A program made the position numbers and the translations under genes. The notes beneath the pieces were generated by a model, which was given only the letters and a program-made list of their open reading frames with translations, did not search any database and was not told where the DNA came from. A stretch of 64,000 nt of DNA from Candidatus Latescibacterota bacterium (GTDB lineage: Bacteria; Latescibacterota; UBA2968; GCA-2709665), in contig OZ241917.1 in NCBI GenBank assembly GCA_965203805.1, positions 1,312,001-1,376,000 of the forward strand, in the 5' to 3' direction. Shown piece by piece: positions 30,014 to 40,626 of this stretch. The first letter of the stretch is position 1. The number at the start of each line of letters is the position of its first letter.

Positions 30014-31273
30014 GAATAGGCGTTTCCCCACGACCGACTCGAGTTCAGCCAGCTTTTTCTCGCGCTGGATCACATGACGGTAGTATTCGATCTCAAAGTC
30101 GAAGAGGGAAACCTGGTTATTCAGCAGGGTCAGAAAATCCACCTTGTCCACCTGGTATGCGGCCATCGCGGATTCCAGCGACTGCTGCGCCTGGGGAACA
30201 ATCGCGGTGCGATACAGTTCCGCCTCCTTCCAGTGCTGCTCGATTTCCAGACAGATGCGCTCCACCAGAAACAGAATCTCCCGGCTTGCGTCCTCTTTGC
30301 GCGCGCGGCCCATTCGAACATGGGCCTGTGCTTCAGCAACCCGGGAATCCCTTTTTCTTCCATTGAAGACGGGAAGGTTCAACCCCACGCCGAACGACAG
30401 AAAGTCGCTGCCCTTTACCGGATCTGAGCCAACTGCGTCGCGTTGCATATATCCGAGGTGAAACGTCAGGTCCGGCCATCCCGATCGCCGTGCAACCTGT
30501 TCGGTCGCCGACCAGCCGGATATTGCCTGCTCGATTTTCTTCAACATCGGGCGGTGCGCAAGTGCCTGCCGCTGTATCTCCTGTACCGAGTGTTCGAACG
30601 GCGTCGGACTCACCTGTCGGGGCGCGATCACGGAAGTCCGCGGAGGCCTGTCGAGCACCCGGTTGAGGCGGGCCAGCGCAAGCAGCCACCCGGATTCCAA
30701 CCTGATGAGGCGGTCTCTCAATGCCGACAGCGACACATGCGCCTTCAGGACGTCCTGCTGCAGCCCGCTGCCCACCTCGTATTTTTTCTGTGCGATCCGG
30801 ATCAGGTCTTCGAGCAGGGTCCGGTTCTTTTCCGTCACCTCGATAGCCCGGTCGTAAAACGCCAGCGCGAAGTATTCCTGCTTCACCCGACTGACGATTG
30901 AGACCTTCCGGTCCAGGAGGGCTTCCCTGGCCGCACCGGCGGCGTATTCCGCGGCCATCTGTTTGGCGCGAAGCACGCCGGGAAGGGGAAATCGCTGGCT
31001 GACGGACAACTGTTTTCCGGACATCGGCGTACTGTCGAAATCCAGACTGCCGGCGGGCACGTTTTTCAGATCCAGGCGCAGCATCGGATCATCCAGAGCG
31101 CCCGCCCGGGGCACCCTGGCCTCGAACGCCGCAAGCCGATGCTCCAGAACCTTCAACCCGGTATTTTTCGCCAGCGCCGTGTCGATCAGCCCCTCCAGGT
31201 CGGGCGAACCGGCCCCGGCGATACCGGGACGCAGCGCCAGGCACAGAGCGACGAGAATCAGGAATCCCTTCAA
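30011..31273 (-). CDS. TolC/CusC family outer-membrane efflux protein
   Basis: LDDPML, SQRFPLPG and YQVDKVDFLTLL; directly upstream of cusB. Confidence 0.9.
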   Translation of the reverse strand: MKGFLILVALCLALRPGIAGAGSPDLEGLIDTALAKNTGLKVLEHRLAAFEARVPRAGALDDPMLRLDLKNVPAGSLDFDSTPMSGKQLSVSQRFPLPGVLRAKQMAAEYAAGAAREALLDRKVSIVSRVKQEYFALAFYDRAIEVTEKNRTLLEDLIRIAQKKYEVGSGLQQDVLKAHVSLSALRDRLIRLESGWLLALARLNRVLDRPPRTSVIAPRQVSPTPFEHSVQEIQRQALAHRPMLKKIEQAISGWSATEQVARRSGWPDLTFHLGYMQRDAVGSDPVKGSDFLSFGVGLNLPVFNGRKRDSRVAEAQAHVRMGRARKEDASREILFLVERICLEIEQHWKEAELYRTAIVPQAQQSLESAMAAYQVDKVDFLTLLNNQVSLFDFEIEYYRHVIQREKKLAELESVVGKRLF

Positions 31274-31424
31274 GACGCGTCACCTCCCTGACAGAATTAT
31301 GTGGAAATGCAAATATGGATACCTGAGACGACGCCAAGGGACTCGCCTCAGGCAAATGCCGTGCAGACTGTACGAAACGGGATGAAACCTGAGATGCCGC
31401 GGAGGTCGCGGGCAGGGGGGAAAA

Positions 31425-31787
31425 TCAGATCAGAAACGACGCATTCATCACGTACACAGGGGGCAATGCACGGACGGAAGCCGGGGACGACGCATACCCA
31501 TCGCGGCTGCGTGAAAACAGAATCTCGTGCGAGCCGGTCGATTGAAGTGCGGTATGGACGTCCGCACCCGAAATTCTCGGACTCGCGGCCGCCAGGGCGG
31601 GCGGCAATTGCGCGGGCTCGCTGGTGACGCTGCCGTCGTTCCCGGCGCAGCAGCAGTTCGATTCCGCCGGCTGGACATGGCAGGTCTCAGCCTCAACCGG
31701 CATCACGCACAGACACTGGACGGCGGCAAGAACGAAGCCGACGGCCAGGCAGGAGATGGCGAGGGTACGGATCACGGCTTGCCTCAC
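31425..31787 (-). CDS. Small Cys-rich hypothetical protein upstream of the cus operon
   Basis: Signal-like N-terminus, CLC/CH/CCC motifs and C-terminal PPVYVMNASFLI. Confidence 0.55.
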   Translation of the reverse strand: MRQAVIRTLAISCLAVGFVLAAVQCLCVMPVEAETCHVQPAESNCCCAGNDGSVTSEPAQLPPALAAASPRISGADVHTALQSTGSHEILFSRSRDGYASSPASVRALPPVYVMNASFLI

Positions 31788-32028
31788 ATAAGGGCTTGTT
31801 GTCTCGGAACTATCGTTATTACATATACGTTTGTCAAGTCCGGTTGTTCAATAAAAGTGAATTTCGAAATTGTGCGCCGGACCGGCGAACACCGTTTCCG
31901 GCCCGCCAGGCGCACACATTACCGCCGATTCCTGGTCGTGGCGGAACCCGCGCTACCCGCGACCGGCGCCGCGTCGGACGACCACCGGGATGAGGATCAC
32001 GGATCTGCAAAACGGGGCGATTTCTTAT

Positions 32029-33228
32029 CTATGCGACCCGCTGGAACCGCTCCCAGGCTTCGCCCGCCGCGGCCGCCTGGCGTTCCAACTCGCCGCGCCA
32101 GCCCACAACCTCTCCGCCCTTGATTCGCCCGATGTCATAACCGGCGTAACGATCTTCCAGCGTATCTCCGAGCTTCTGCGTTTCGGCCCATCGGTCCCAC
32201 GCCGTTTTCATCCATTCATAGGGCAAAGCGTCCCGCACGGCCGGATCGAGCTGCCAGGCGCTTCGCACGTCGGCCACCGCGGGTTCACCCGTAAACGGCC
32301 CGGTCCACCGGGACCATCCAATGGATAGCGTGTTCCGTTCCCTGTCCGGCACGGTGTGACCCGTGTGGATGTTCGCGCCGATTCGGATGAGGGCTTCACC
32401 GGCACGTAGCCGGACCGCAACCTGATCCGGCAACGGGTCCGTGCCGTTCCAGCTGGGCGTGTGCGGTACTCCTTTTTCCTTCATGGCTTTCGGGAGGAGC
32501 ACATCATGCTCGAAGGGCGTGCGCCACCGATCGTGACTGCCGGGTATCAGTTCGTGGCACTCGTCGTCTACCAGCGCCAGGAACATGCTTACCCCGTTCC
32601 GCTCAACAATCGACCTGGCGTTGTTCTCGCGAATCTCCTTCCAGCGTACCCGTTCGACCTCCTCCGAATACGCTTCGGGTCCCTCGCCCCGAATCTCGCG
32701 CTGCGCGAAGTAGGGTTTTCCGGTTCCCCACCACGTTACGTCCCGGTGCCAGCCGAGGGCGTGTTCCGCCTTGCGCGGGTTGCACCACAGCAGCAGCCCC
32801 CCGTACGTAACCTCCTCGGGGCCGAGCCCGTCGCACCAGGATCCCACGAAATCGAGAAAGTCGTTCGAACCGTGAAATTCCGCGAAACAGGGCTCCTTGA
32901 ACGCGGGATGGACCAGACCTCGAATCGCCCACGGCTCGTCCGCGCCCGTCCGGTGGACGTAACCCCGGGAACAGTCGATCTCTTCATAGCCGTTTTCCGG
33001 TGCGCAGGCTTCGGTGACGCGGCGACCGGCTTCACGGAGCACGGGAATCCAGGGATTGTCGACAAAGTCGTTGATAATCACGAAACCGTGCTCCTTCAGA
33101 TAGGCCAGCCGCTCGGGCGTGGCCCCCGGCGCCGAGAGTTCCGGCTTTGCGTCCGCGAAGGCGGGCGCCCTGTAGGCGGATTCCGCCTGCGCATCCGCAC
33201 CCGCAACGGATGGGTTGTCGGTTTTCAT
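32029..33228 (-). CDS. Phytanoyl-CoA dioxygenase (PhyH)-like Fe(II)/2OG protein
   Basis: GFVII, WHRD, IPGSH and a distal His; RBS AAAGGAG before the ATG at 33228. Confidence 0.7.
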   Translation of the reverse strand: MKTDNPSVAGADAQAESAYRAPAFADAKPELSAPGATPERLAYLKEHGFVIINDFVDNPWIPVLREAGRRVTEACAPENGYEEIDCSRGYVHRTGADEPWAIRGLVHPAFKEPCFAEFHGSNDFLDFVGSWCDGLGPEEVTYGGLLLWCNPRKAEHALGWHRDVTWWGTGKPYFAQREIRGEGPEAYSEEVERVRWKEIRENNARSIVERNGVSMFLALVDDECHELIPGSHDRWRTPFEHDVLLPKAMKEKGVPHTPSWNGTDPLPDQVAVRLRAGEALIRIGANIHTGHTVPDRERNTLSIGWSRWTGPFTGEPAVADVRSAWQLDPAVRDALPYEWMKTAWDRWAETQKLGDTLEDRYAGYDIGRIKGGEVVGWRGELERQAAAAGEAWERFQRVA

Positions 33229-33550
33229 TTCATCTCCTTTCAATCAGGATCAGGATTCACAGGATTCTTTCGCCAATGGTCGATCTCAATACACGGTAAA
33301 TCCCCCCAGTAGCTTTGTCAATAGCAATATCAAAGGAACCGTTGCGATACGGCGCTGAAAGTCAGCATTCGAAATCCGGTCGACGGAATACAAAATTCTC
33401 GCCCATCACGTAAATTGTCCGTATATTTGAAACTCAGCATCGTGGCATCCCGCAAACACAATGCCTTCCATCCTCACCCCTCCGCATGGCTGCGCGTCCT
33501 GCCGGGAACGTCTTCAGACCGATTGACGAACCAGGGATTCGGGGTGCCTT

Positions 33551-35491
33551 TTGATCGAGGAAACAGGAGTGAATCGGATCGCTTCAGCGTTCTGCATCTT
33601 CTGGCTGGTCTTTGTTGCTCATCCCGCGGCCGCACAATCTCAACTTTCCAGGACCGGCCGTGCGGAAGCCGAAACCCGGTTTGAAGAAGCGCTTCGCGAC
33701 TACACCCACGGTCGCTATCGCGCGGCGAAACGGGCATTCCAGGCGTTGGCCGTGGACGACCCCGCGAGCCCGCGCGCGTCGGCCGCCCGGCTGATGCTGG
33801 CCAAATCCCAGTACAAACTCAAAGAGTACAGCCTGGCGGTGACTACGGCGGCCGGACTCCGCGAAATCTTTCCGCACAGCAGGTATCTGCCGGAAGCCGA
33901 CCTCGTCGTTGGCGACTGCAAGTTCAAGCTGGGACAGGTCTACAGCGCCGCAACCCGGTACGCGCGCGTGGTGTCCGGGCGGGGCGACATCCGTCTGAAG
34001 GCCAGGGCGGCGGATCGGCTGGGACAACTTGCGGGCACCGGAAAAATCACCGATGGAGACGTCGACCGTCTGAAGAGCGACTTCGGGACCGGCGTCATCG
34101 CGGAGGCCGTGGCCTTCGGCCGGGCCCGCTGGCCGTCGAGATACGGCGGCGTCGAACCGTCCGGTCGGGCCATGACCGGTTTTCTGGCCCGGCATCCCAA
34201 CGGTATTTTTGCCGCGCTGGTACCTGAGGAGTACGCCGGGCCGGAAGACCCTGAACCGGCCCTGCCCGGCGGACAGCAGACGTCTGAAGACGGCGGTGTG
34301 GAAACGCCGGACGATGCGCGATACACAATCGGCGTGATCGCACCCCTGGCGAGCCCCCCGGGAAAGGATATGGTCGACGGCGTCCTGCTTGCCAGAGAGT
34401 TGCATCAGCTCAAGACCGGAGAGCAGGTCGCGCTGGTTTTCAAAGACTCGCAAGGCAGCCCGGTACGCACGATCAAGGCCGCTCAGAGCCTGATCGAAGA
34501 ACACGGTGTCATTGCAATCATCGGCGCCCTGACGAGCGCCGAAACCCTTCCGATCGCCGCGCTGGCGGGCCCTTACGAAGTCCCGCTGATTGCACCGACC
34601 GCTTCGGAAGATGGCCTTGCGACACTGAATCCCTACGTCTTTCAGATCAACGCCACGCCCGGCGCACAGGGCCGGCGTATTGCCGACTTCGCGGTCCGGG
34701 AATCGGGGCTGCGCACACTGGCGACGCTCGCGTCCCGGGACTCCTACGGAGAGCGAATCGTGAAAGAGTTCACGGCCCGTGCCGAGGAATCGGGTTCGGA
34801 CGTCATCGTTCAGACGTGGTACGAGCCCGGCACGACCGACTACAAGGGCCAGCTGGAACGAATCAGAGACGCCGGTCTGGCCCTGCGCCCGCCCGCCATC
34901 CTGGCCGCTGAAGCAGATTCACTGCTTCTGGGAGGCATCCGCCTGGCGCCGCCGCCGCCGGTTGTCGTCGATCCCGACACGGTGCAGCCGGTGCCGGTAC
35001 GGACGCTGGAAGGTTTGCTGATCGCCGGGGGAAAGGACGACGTCCTGCTGATCGCGCCCCAGATTGCCTTTCACCGCATCCATTCGCGACTGCTGGGCAG
35101 CGACGGCTGGAATCACCACGAAGTCGCGAGAGATTCCTATACGGACAGCGCGGTCTTTGTGGCCAAGTACTCCACGCGCAGCGATCAGGTGTCCGTCCAC
35201 GAGTTTCTGGGCGCATTCAGGGAACGGTTCAACCGCGACCAGGGCATTGCCGCAGCGCTGGGATACGACGCGATGGCGGCCGTGTTGACGGCCATCGATC
35301 GGGGCGGTACGTCTCCGCGGCGGCTTCAGAACGCGCTCGAGAATCTCGGCGAGATACCCGGCGCCACCGGGAAGATATCCTTCAGCAGGGGCAATCGTGA
35401 GAACGCCTGGATGTATCTGCTGACCATCCGTAATAAAAGGATTCAACTTCTCTCCATCGGCCGCTCGGACAAAACCGTGCCGGAGCCCTGA
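33551..35491 (+). CDS. TPR plus periplasmic-binding-protein domain protein (LpoA/LivK-like)
   Basis: N-terminal TPR-like helices; IGVIAPL, AIIGAL and ALGYDA. Confidence 0.7.
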   Translation: MIEETGVNRIASAFCIFWLVFVAHPAAAQSQLSRTGRAEAETRFEEALRDYTHGRYRAAKRAFQALAVDDPASPRASAARLMLAKSQYKLKEYSLAVTTAAGLREIFPHSRYLPEADLVVGDCKFKLGQVYSAATRYARVVSGRGDIRLKARAADRLGQLAGTGKITDGDVDRLKSDFGTGVIAEAVAFGRARWPSRYGGVEPSGRAMTGFLARHPNGIFAALVPEEYAGPEDPEPALPGGQQTSEDGGVETPDDARYTIGVIAPLASPPGKDMVDGVLLARELHQLKTGEQVALVFKDSQGSPVRTIKAAQSLIEEHGVIAIIGALTSAETLPIAALAGPYEVPLIAPTASEDGLATLNPYVFQINATPGAQGRRIADFAVRESGLRTLATLASRDSYGERIVKEFTARAEESGSDVIVQTWYEPGTTDYKGQLERIRDAGLALRPPAILAAEADSLLLGGIRLAPPPPVVVDPDTVQPVPVRTLEGLLIAGGKDDVLLIAPQIAFHRIHSRLLGSDGWNHHEVARDSYTDSAVFVAKYSTRSDQVSVHEFLGAFRERFNRDQGIAAALGYDAMAAVLTAIDRGGTSPRRLQNALENLGEIPGATGKISFSRGNRENAWMYLLTIRNKRIQLLSIGRSDKTVPEP

Positions 35492-35635
35492 TCGCCGTCA
35501 CCCGAAAAACTCCTCGTCACAACACCATTTGCTCCCCGCTGGCATTTCTATTGCACTGGATACGGCAAGCGACCGCCGGACGCATCGTCGGCCGCGGATA
35601 AATCGCCTGTTGCCAATCATTCGTGCACGATAGTC

Positions 35636-37468
35636 ATGCCAGGGGGGACGCTCGGGATGAGCGATTTCTTTCAATTCGACCGGGCCAGACCGAATCTGAC
35701 GTTCATCACACTGGCCGTCTGCATGCTGTCCGCTGTCGCGCCCTGTGCGCAGGAATCCCTCACACCTGAAACCGCGGAAACGTACCTGACCGTCTTGCGG
35801 GACCTGGAAGGCCGGGTCATCGACGTCAACAAGGCGAACGCGGATGACCTGACGGCGTTGCCCTGGATCTCACCGGAGGTGGCGCGCGGGGTGGTGGCCC
35901 ATCGAAGGCGGTTCGGACCCTTTCGTAGCATCGACGATCTTCTCAGAGTACCCGGCGTCACATCAGAGGTCCTCGCGGCCGTCCGGCCCTACCTGTCGAT
36001 ATCTTCCCGGCGCGGTCCCCGCGTCCGGACGTCACTCCGATTCACACGCCCGCCGAACCGTGCCACCGCCTGGCCCAATCTGAGGGTCTACCAGCGGACC
36101 GTGATCTCGGCACGGCACGTGGAAGGGGTTCTGCTTACGGAACGCGACCCCCTGGAACAACGGCTCGCGGACTTTCTCACCGGGTACGTGCGAGTCACCG
36201 CCGTACCGGGCGTGCAGCGGCTGCTCGTCGGCGCCTTCCGACCCGGATACGGACAGGGACTCCTTTTCAGCCGACACAACCGATCGGCGACCGGCCTCGA
36301 GTGGGCCCGGCCGGTCAGTACGCGAAGCGTGGGATATCGCTCTTCGATCGAAGACGGCGCGCTCCGGGGCGTGTTTGCGGAAGGCCGGGTGGGCCGGGTT
36401 ACGTGGGCGGCCATGGGTACCCGTAACCGGTGGGATGCCGCCATCGACAGTGCGGGGGTTGCAACGATCCGAACGGCGGACCTGCACGTCTCGCAAACCG
36501 AGCGGGAACGCAGGGGCAGGCTGCGGGAGGACCTGACGGCCCTTCGCTCCCACGTCGAACTGCCGGATGGCAGAATCGGCGCGACCCTCGTGCGAACGAC
36601 GTTTTCACCGTCGCTTCAGCATGTTCGACGCAGGCATTCCGCGGGGTTGGATTGGAACCTGCGCGGGCGCGGGCTGGACGTTTTCGGCGAGATCGCCGCC
36701 TCGGAAAGAAACGCCGTCGCCTGGCTGACGGGCGCGCGCGCGAGCTTCGACCGCCTGAGGCTGGTCGTCCTCGCCCGCAGGTACCCGGCTGGATTCTCAA
36801 GCCTGCGCGGTCGCCCGTTCTCCGCGTACAGCGGCAGAAACGAGTGGGGTCTGTTCGCCGGCGCCGTATGGCGGCCCGGGCGGCGGACACGGATCCAGGC
36901 CACGCTGGACCGGCACGGCCGCGTGGCGCCCGAGGGAAAGGACGCGCTGCCGGGACGGGGAGAGCGATTCTCGTTCGATTTGAAGCGTCGCCTGAAATAC
37001 GCGACCCTTCGGCTCACGATGGGCACGCGTCGTCAAACCGTGGCGACGTCCGGCATTACCGGCGTACGGGTCCGGAGACGCGCCCGCCTTCGCGTCGCCA
37101 TCCCGCGGTCACGCCCACGCCTCAATCTCTGGCTGGAGGGCGCGGGCGCCCGATCCCCGATCCGCGAGAGCGGCGGACGGGCGGCGGGCATGAACCTCCG
37201 GATCCAGCGCGGGACCCGACTCAGGGCCGACGCATGGCTGGCTCTGTTCGACGTGACCCACTTTGATTCCCGCATCTATACGTTCGAGCCCGACGTATGG
37301 GGAGGCAGCCGCCTGCAACTCCTGTCGGGCAGGGGCCGATCGGCGGGAGTCCGGCTCACCTTCGCGGGATCCCGCGCCCGCGTTTCCGTCCGCTACGCCG
37401 TTAAGGACACCCGGGACGGGGTTTCAAACACCTGGGCATCGCAGATCGAATTCGGCACCAGGAAATAA
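35636..37468 (+). CDS. ComEA-like helix-hairpin-helix domain protein
   Basis: IDVNKA..DDL.ALP.I...GPFRSIDDLLRVPGV, followed by a long beta-strand-rich region. Confidence 0.75.
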   Translation: MPGGTLGMSDFFQFDRARPNLTFITLAVCMLSAVAPCAQESLTPETAETYLTVLRDLEGRVIDVNKANADDLTALPWISPEVARGVVAHRRRFGPFRSIDDLLRVPGVTSEVLAAVRPYLSISSRRGPRVRTSLRFTRPPNRATAWPNLRVYQRTVISARHVEGVLLTERDPLEQRLADFLTGYVRVTAVPGVQRLLVGAFRPGYGQGLLFSRHNRSATGLEWARPVSTRSVGYRSSIEDGALRGVFAEGRVGRVTWAAMGTRNRWDAAIDSAGVATIRTADLHVSQTERERRGRLREDLTALRSHVELPDGRIGATLVRTTFSPSLQHVRRRHSAGLDWNLRGRGLDVFGEIAASERNAVAWLTGARASFDRLRLVVLARRYPAGFSSLRGRPFSAYSGRNEWGLFAGAVWRPGRRTRIQATLDRHGRVAPEGKDALPGRGERFSFDLKRRLKYATLRLTMGTRRQTVATSGITGVRVRRRARLRVAIPRSRPRLNLWLEGAGARSPIRESGGRAAGMNLRIQRGTRLRADAWLALFDVTHFDSRIYTFEPDVWGGSRLQLLSGRGRSAGVRLTFAGSRARVSVRYAVKDTRDGVSNTWASQIEFGTRK

Positions 37469-37504
37469 GCCTCCTGGACGCGGGAAATGTACCAATAGCC
37501 AAAT

Positions 37505-37535
37505 CGCAGGGTCAGGTTTGAAACCTGCCCCTGCG
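37505..37535. repeat. REP-like hairpin
   Basis: cgcagggtcaggtttgaaacctgcccctgcg, downstream of the HhH gene. Confidence 0.55.
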
Positions 37536-37767
37536 CAAGAGAGTGACAATTCATGACGTAAATCAGAATGGCCTTGCCGCCCTGATATCGGAAATTTGTT
37601 TCAGAATCAAAACGTGTGCTGTATTTTTCCCTTTCTGCAGTCCAGTCAATTAGGTATTATGCCCATCCAGCGGTCGAGACGGGCACGCAGAACCTGGATC
37701 CAATTGCCGGCAGCGACATTTGTCCGCCCGCCGGCAATTTTGCTTCTTTCGAAGCGGTTAACGGGAC

Positions 37768-38808
37768 ATGATGGCGAAGAATCGAAACCAATCCTGGATG
37801 TTGGGGGCCGTGCTTTGCGGGGTCATGCTGGCCGGATGCGGCCCCCGGCTGCCCGAATCGGTTGGACCCGCGCAGGAGATCCTGGTCCTGATCGATCCGG
37901 CCGACCGGCAGGGTCTGGAACCGCACCTTAAGGAGATATTCGAAAGAATACTCTATACGCCTCAGGAAGAGAAGATATTCCGGCTGCAGTTCGAAGATGT
38001 GGCCAATATCGACAGGTTTGAAAACAAGAGGCGAAAAAACATCCTGGTTGTCGCCGAACTGGACGCTCCCCACGCCACCGCGGGCTTCCTGAGAAGCATC
38101 CTGAGCCCGGACGTCCAGGACGCCGTGCGCGGGAACCGGTCCGCCGTATTCTGGAAAGAGGACGTATGGGCGAAAGAGCAGTTGCTGGTCGCGGTGTCGG
38201 GCGCGGATAGCGCAGCACTGTTGGACAACCTCAGGATGGAAGCGGACCGGCTCTACGAGCGGATCGAAGACGCCCGAAACGAGCGGATTCGGCGGTTGAT
38301 CTATCGCTACGGCGAACGGAAGGACGTCACCGAGCGCCTTGGGCGGGAATTCGGCTGGCAGGTGCGCGTGGCCTTCGGATACCGCATCCTGGAGGCCGAT
38401 CCCGACAGCGGATTCGTGGTATTGACCAAAGAGGAACCCAACAGGTGGCTGTTCGTCTACTGGGAGGACGGCATTTCTCCCGACGACCTCACGGAAGCGT
38501 GGTGCATCCGAAAACGGAACGACATTACGCGACGGTTTTTCGATCAGGACCGGATCGTGGACGATCACCTGCAGATCGGCCAGGCCGAGTTCGGAGGAAA
38601 ACTGGCGTTTGTTCTGCAAGGCCTCTGGGAAAACAGGAGAAAATGGGCCGGGGGCCCATTCAAGAGTTACGCGTTCGTGGATGTGGAAACCAACCGGTTT
38701 TTCTACATCGACTGCGGGGTATATTCACCAAACAAGCGGAAGGAACCCTATCTTCGCCAGATCGACCTTATGGCAAGGACCTTCGCTCAGGTGGAATCGA
38801 CACCCTGA
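37768..38808 (+). CDS. DUF4837-like lipoprotein
   Basis: Lipobox LAGC, TPQEE, DVWAKEQ and GLWEN...GGPFKSY. Confidence 0.7.
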   Translation: MMAKNRNQSWMLGAVLCGVMLAGCGPRLPESVGPAQEILVLIDPADRQGLEPHLKEIFERILYTPQEEKIFRLQFEDVANIDRFENKRRKNILVVAELDAPHATAGFLRSILSPDVQDAVRGNRSAVFWKEDVWAKEQLLVAVSGADSAALLDNLRMEADRLYERIEDARNERIRRLIYRYGERKDVTERLGREFGWQVRVAFGYRILEADPDSGFVVLTKEEPNRWLFVYWEDGISPDDLTEAWCIRKRNDITRRFFDQDRIVDDHLQIGQAEFGGKLAFVLQGLWENRRKWAGGPFKSYAFVDVETNRFFYIDCGVYSPNKRKEPYLRQIDLMARTFAQVESTP

Positions 38809-39089
38809 ACCTTGCGTTTCGCTCGCGAAGAGGGTATAATTCGGATTGTTAATCATGATTCGTCATCTTTCAGTCACGTTAAGTCGTATATACGCAAGTT
38901 AATAAAGGCGATTGAACGTCGGATTTCCAGGATACTTCAGGTCACTGGACGTGAACCGAAAAAATGTCCATTTCGACGACCTTTTCGGCCCAATTCGGAA
39001 GGCCTTGTCGCGATGCAGCGTTGCTGCTATTGTCGAATTGAGGCTGATCGTCCAATGAAACGGCACGACGCCAGCGGAGCAGGGGATCA

Positions 39090-39800
39090 ATGGGCAGGCA
39101 GAATCGGTTTTCGGGTCTGGGAAAACGCGCGCGGATGAGCTTTCGCGGCACCCTGTTTGCCGGGATCGCGCTCCTGGTGCCGGTAGCGGTCACCTTTATG
39201 GTCCTGCAGATCGTCTTTCAGTGGATTGACGGCCTTGCCCAGCCCCTGGTCAAACGCATATTCCAGACTGAAAACGACGTCTTCGGTCTGGGCCTGGTCC
39301 TGACGCTCATTCTGATCTGGCTTGCCGGTTTGCTGGCCAGCAACGTTTTCGGCAGACGCGTCATCGGCAAAGGAGACGATCTGATCAAGCGGCTTCCGGT
39401 TATCGGAAGCATCTACGGGCCTGTGAAACAGTTCATGGAATCGGTGGTCTCGCCTGAAGAAGACAGGGGATTCCATCGGGTCGTTCTCGCTGAATATCCC
39501 ACCGAAGGACTCTGGATTCTGGGTTTCGCCACCGGCGATATTCCAATGGACGAGAAAGGGCGGACGGGTTGTTGTGTCTTTATTCCGACCTCGCCCAATC
39601 CCGCTACGGGCTGGACCGTCGTGTTCCCGCCGGAAAAGGTGCGGAACGTCTCCCTCACCGTAGAAGAAGCCATGCAGATGATCGTCTCGGCCGGGGTCGT
39701 CATTCCCGATGCGCTGAAGTCGTCGCCGTCAGATAAGCCGCCAGGTCCCCTTGCGAACCTCCAGCCGGTTGCAGACCCTTCCGACCGGGACCGTACGTAG
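39090..39800 (+). CDS. DUF502 family membrane protein
   Basis: RLPVIGSIY..VKQ and VFIPTSPNPATG. Confidence 0.85.
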   Translation: MGRQNRFSGLGKRARMSFRGTLFAGIALLVPVAVTFMVLQIVFQWIDGLAQPLVKRIFQTENDVFGLGLVLTLILIWLAGLLASNVFGRRVIGKGDDLIKRLPVIGSIYGPVKQFMESVVSPEEDRGFHRVVLAEYPTEGLWILGFATGDIPMDEKGRTGCCVFIPTSPNPATGWTVVFPPEKVRNVSLTVEEAMQMIVSAGVVIPDALKSSPSDKPPGPLANLQPVADPSDRDRT

Positions 39801-39830
39801 ACACCGGGCGCCCGGATCCCCACGGGTTCA

Positions 39831-40235
39831 TCAGGTCTCGAAATCGTCCACGTCCTCGAATCCCTCCAGTTCGTCGACGCCTTCCCGGATCAGCGCCAGT
39901 ATGGAGTTGTGCGGAATAATCAGGTATTTCTCACCTTCGAACTTGATCTCCATCGCCACCTTTTTCATGAAGAGGGCATAGTCGCCAACCTGGGCCTGCA
40001 TCGGAAGGTACTTCGGTTCATCGGGTACGCTCCGCCATGGCTCGTCGTCGACGTCGTGGGGCTGCGGCAGCGGCATCCCCGGACCCGTCAGCATGATCCG
40101 GCCGCCCTGGACCTCTTCCTTTTCTATTACCGTCTGCGGCAGGTAGAGTCCGACCTCGGTACGTTCCTGGAGTTCCTCCTGCTTCACCAGGACCCGGTCC
40201 CCGACAATAATCAGTTCCTTATTTCCGATTTTCAT
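39831..40235 (-). CDS. GroES-family co-chaperonin (stand-alone)
   Basis: GDRVLVK..E.TEVGLYLP and VGDYALF; no groEL nearby. Confidence 0.85.
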   Translation of the reverse strand: MKIGNKELIIVGDRVLVKQEELQERTEVGLYLPQTVIEKEEVQGGRIMLTGPGMPLPQPHDVDDEPWRSVPDEPKYLPMQAQVGDYALFMKKVAMEIKFEGEKYLIIPHNSILALIREGVDELEGFEDVDDFET

Positions 40236-40268
40236 CGCATGGCCCTCTTGGTCTCGGTATTGTATGAG

Positions 40269-40354
40269 TGCCGGAGGCCGGACTCGAACCGGCACGGGCG
40301 TATCGGCCCGGGGGATTTTAAGTCCCCTATGTCTACCAATTCCATCACTCCGGC
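40269..40354 (-). tRNA. tRNA-Leu (TAA)
   Basis: GCCGGAGTGATGGAATTGGTAGAC...GGACTTAAAATCC...GGTTCGAGTCC; long variable arm; CCA not encoded. Confidence 0.95.
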
Positions 40355-40472
40355 ACCGGGTTCGAAAATAGCGAACCGCCTGAACATTGTCAAGCGGGAT
40401 CAGCCGTTTTTCCTACTTCCCAAAAAAACAACGACTAATCTCTGGAAGACAGTCGTGTAACCACCAATCTAA

Positions 40473-40547
40473 TGGAGGCGGCGGGCGGATTCGAACCGCC
40501 GAATAGGGGCTTTGCAGGCCCTTGCCTTACCACTTGGCCACGCCGCC
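40473..40547 (-). tRNA. tRNA-Cys (GCA)
   Basis: GGCGGCGTGGCCAAGTGGTAAGGC...CTGCAAA...GGTTCGAATCC...CCA. Confidence 0.95.
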
Positions 40548-40626
40548 TCGGTCTATGATCTGAAAATACAATACCTGCCAGCGGTTGTCAAGCCCCACGC
40601 ACAGGATTGCGGGATTTCAGGTCCGG

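Noticed and set aside
40269-40547. tRNA-Leu/tRNA-Cys as the integration site of the defence island
   Set aside because: Three ordinary genes separate them from the island, and I saw no duplicated tRNA 3' end.
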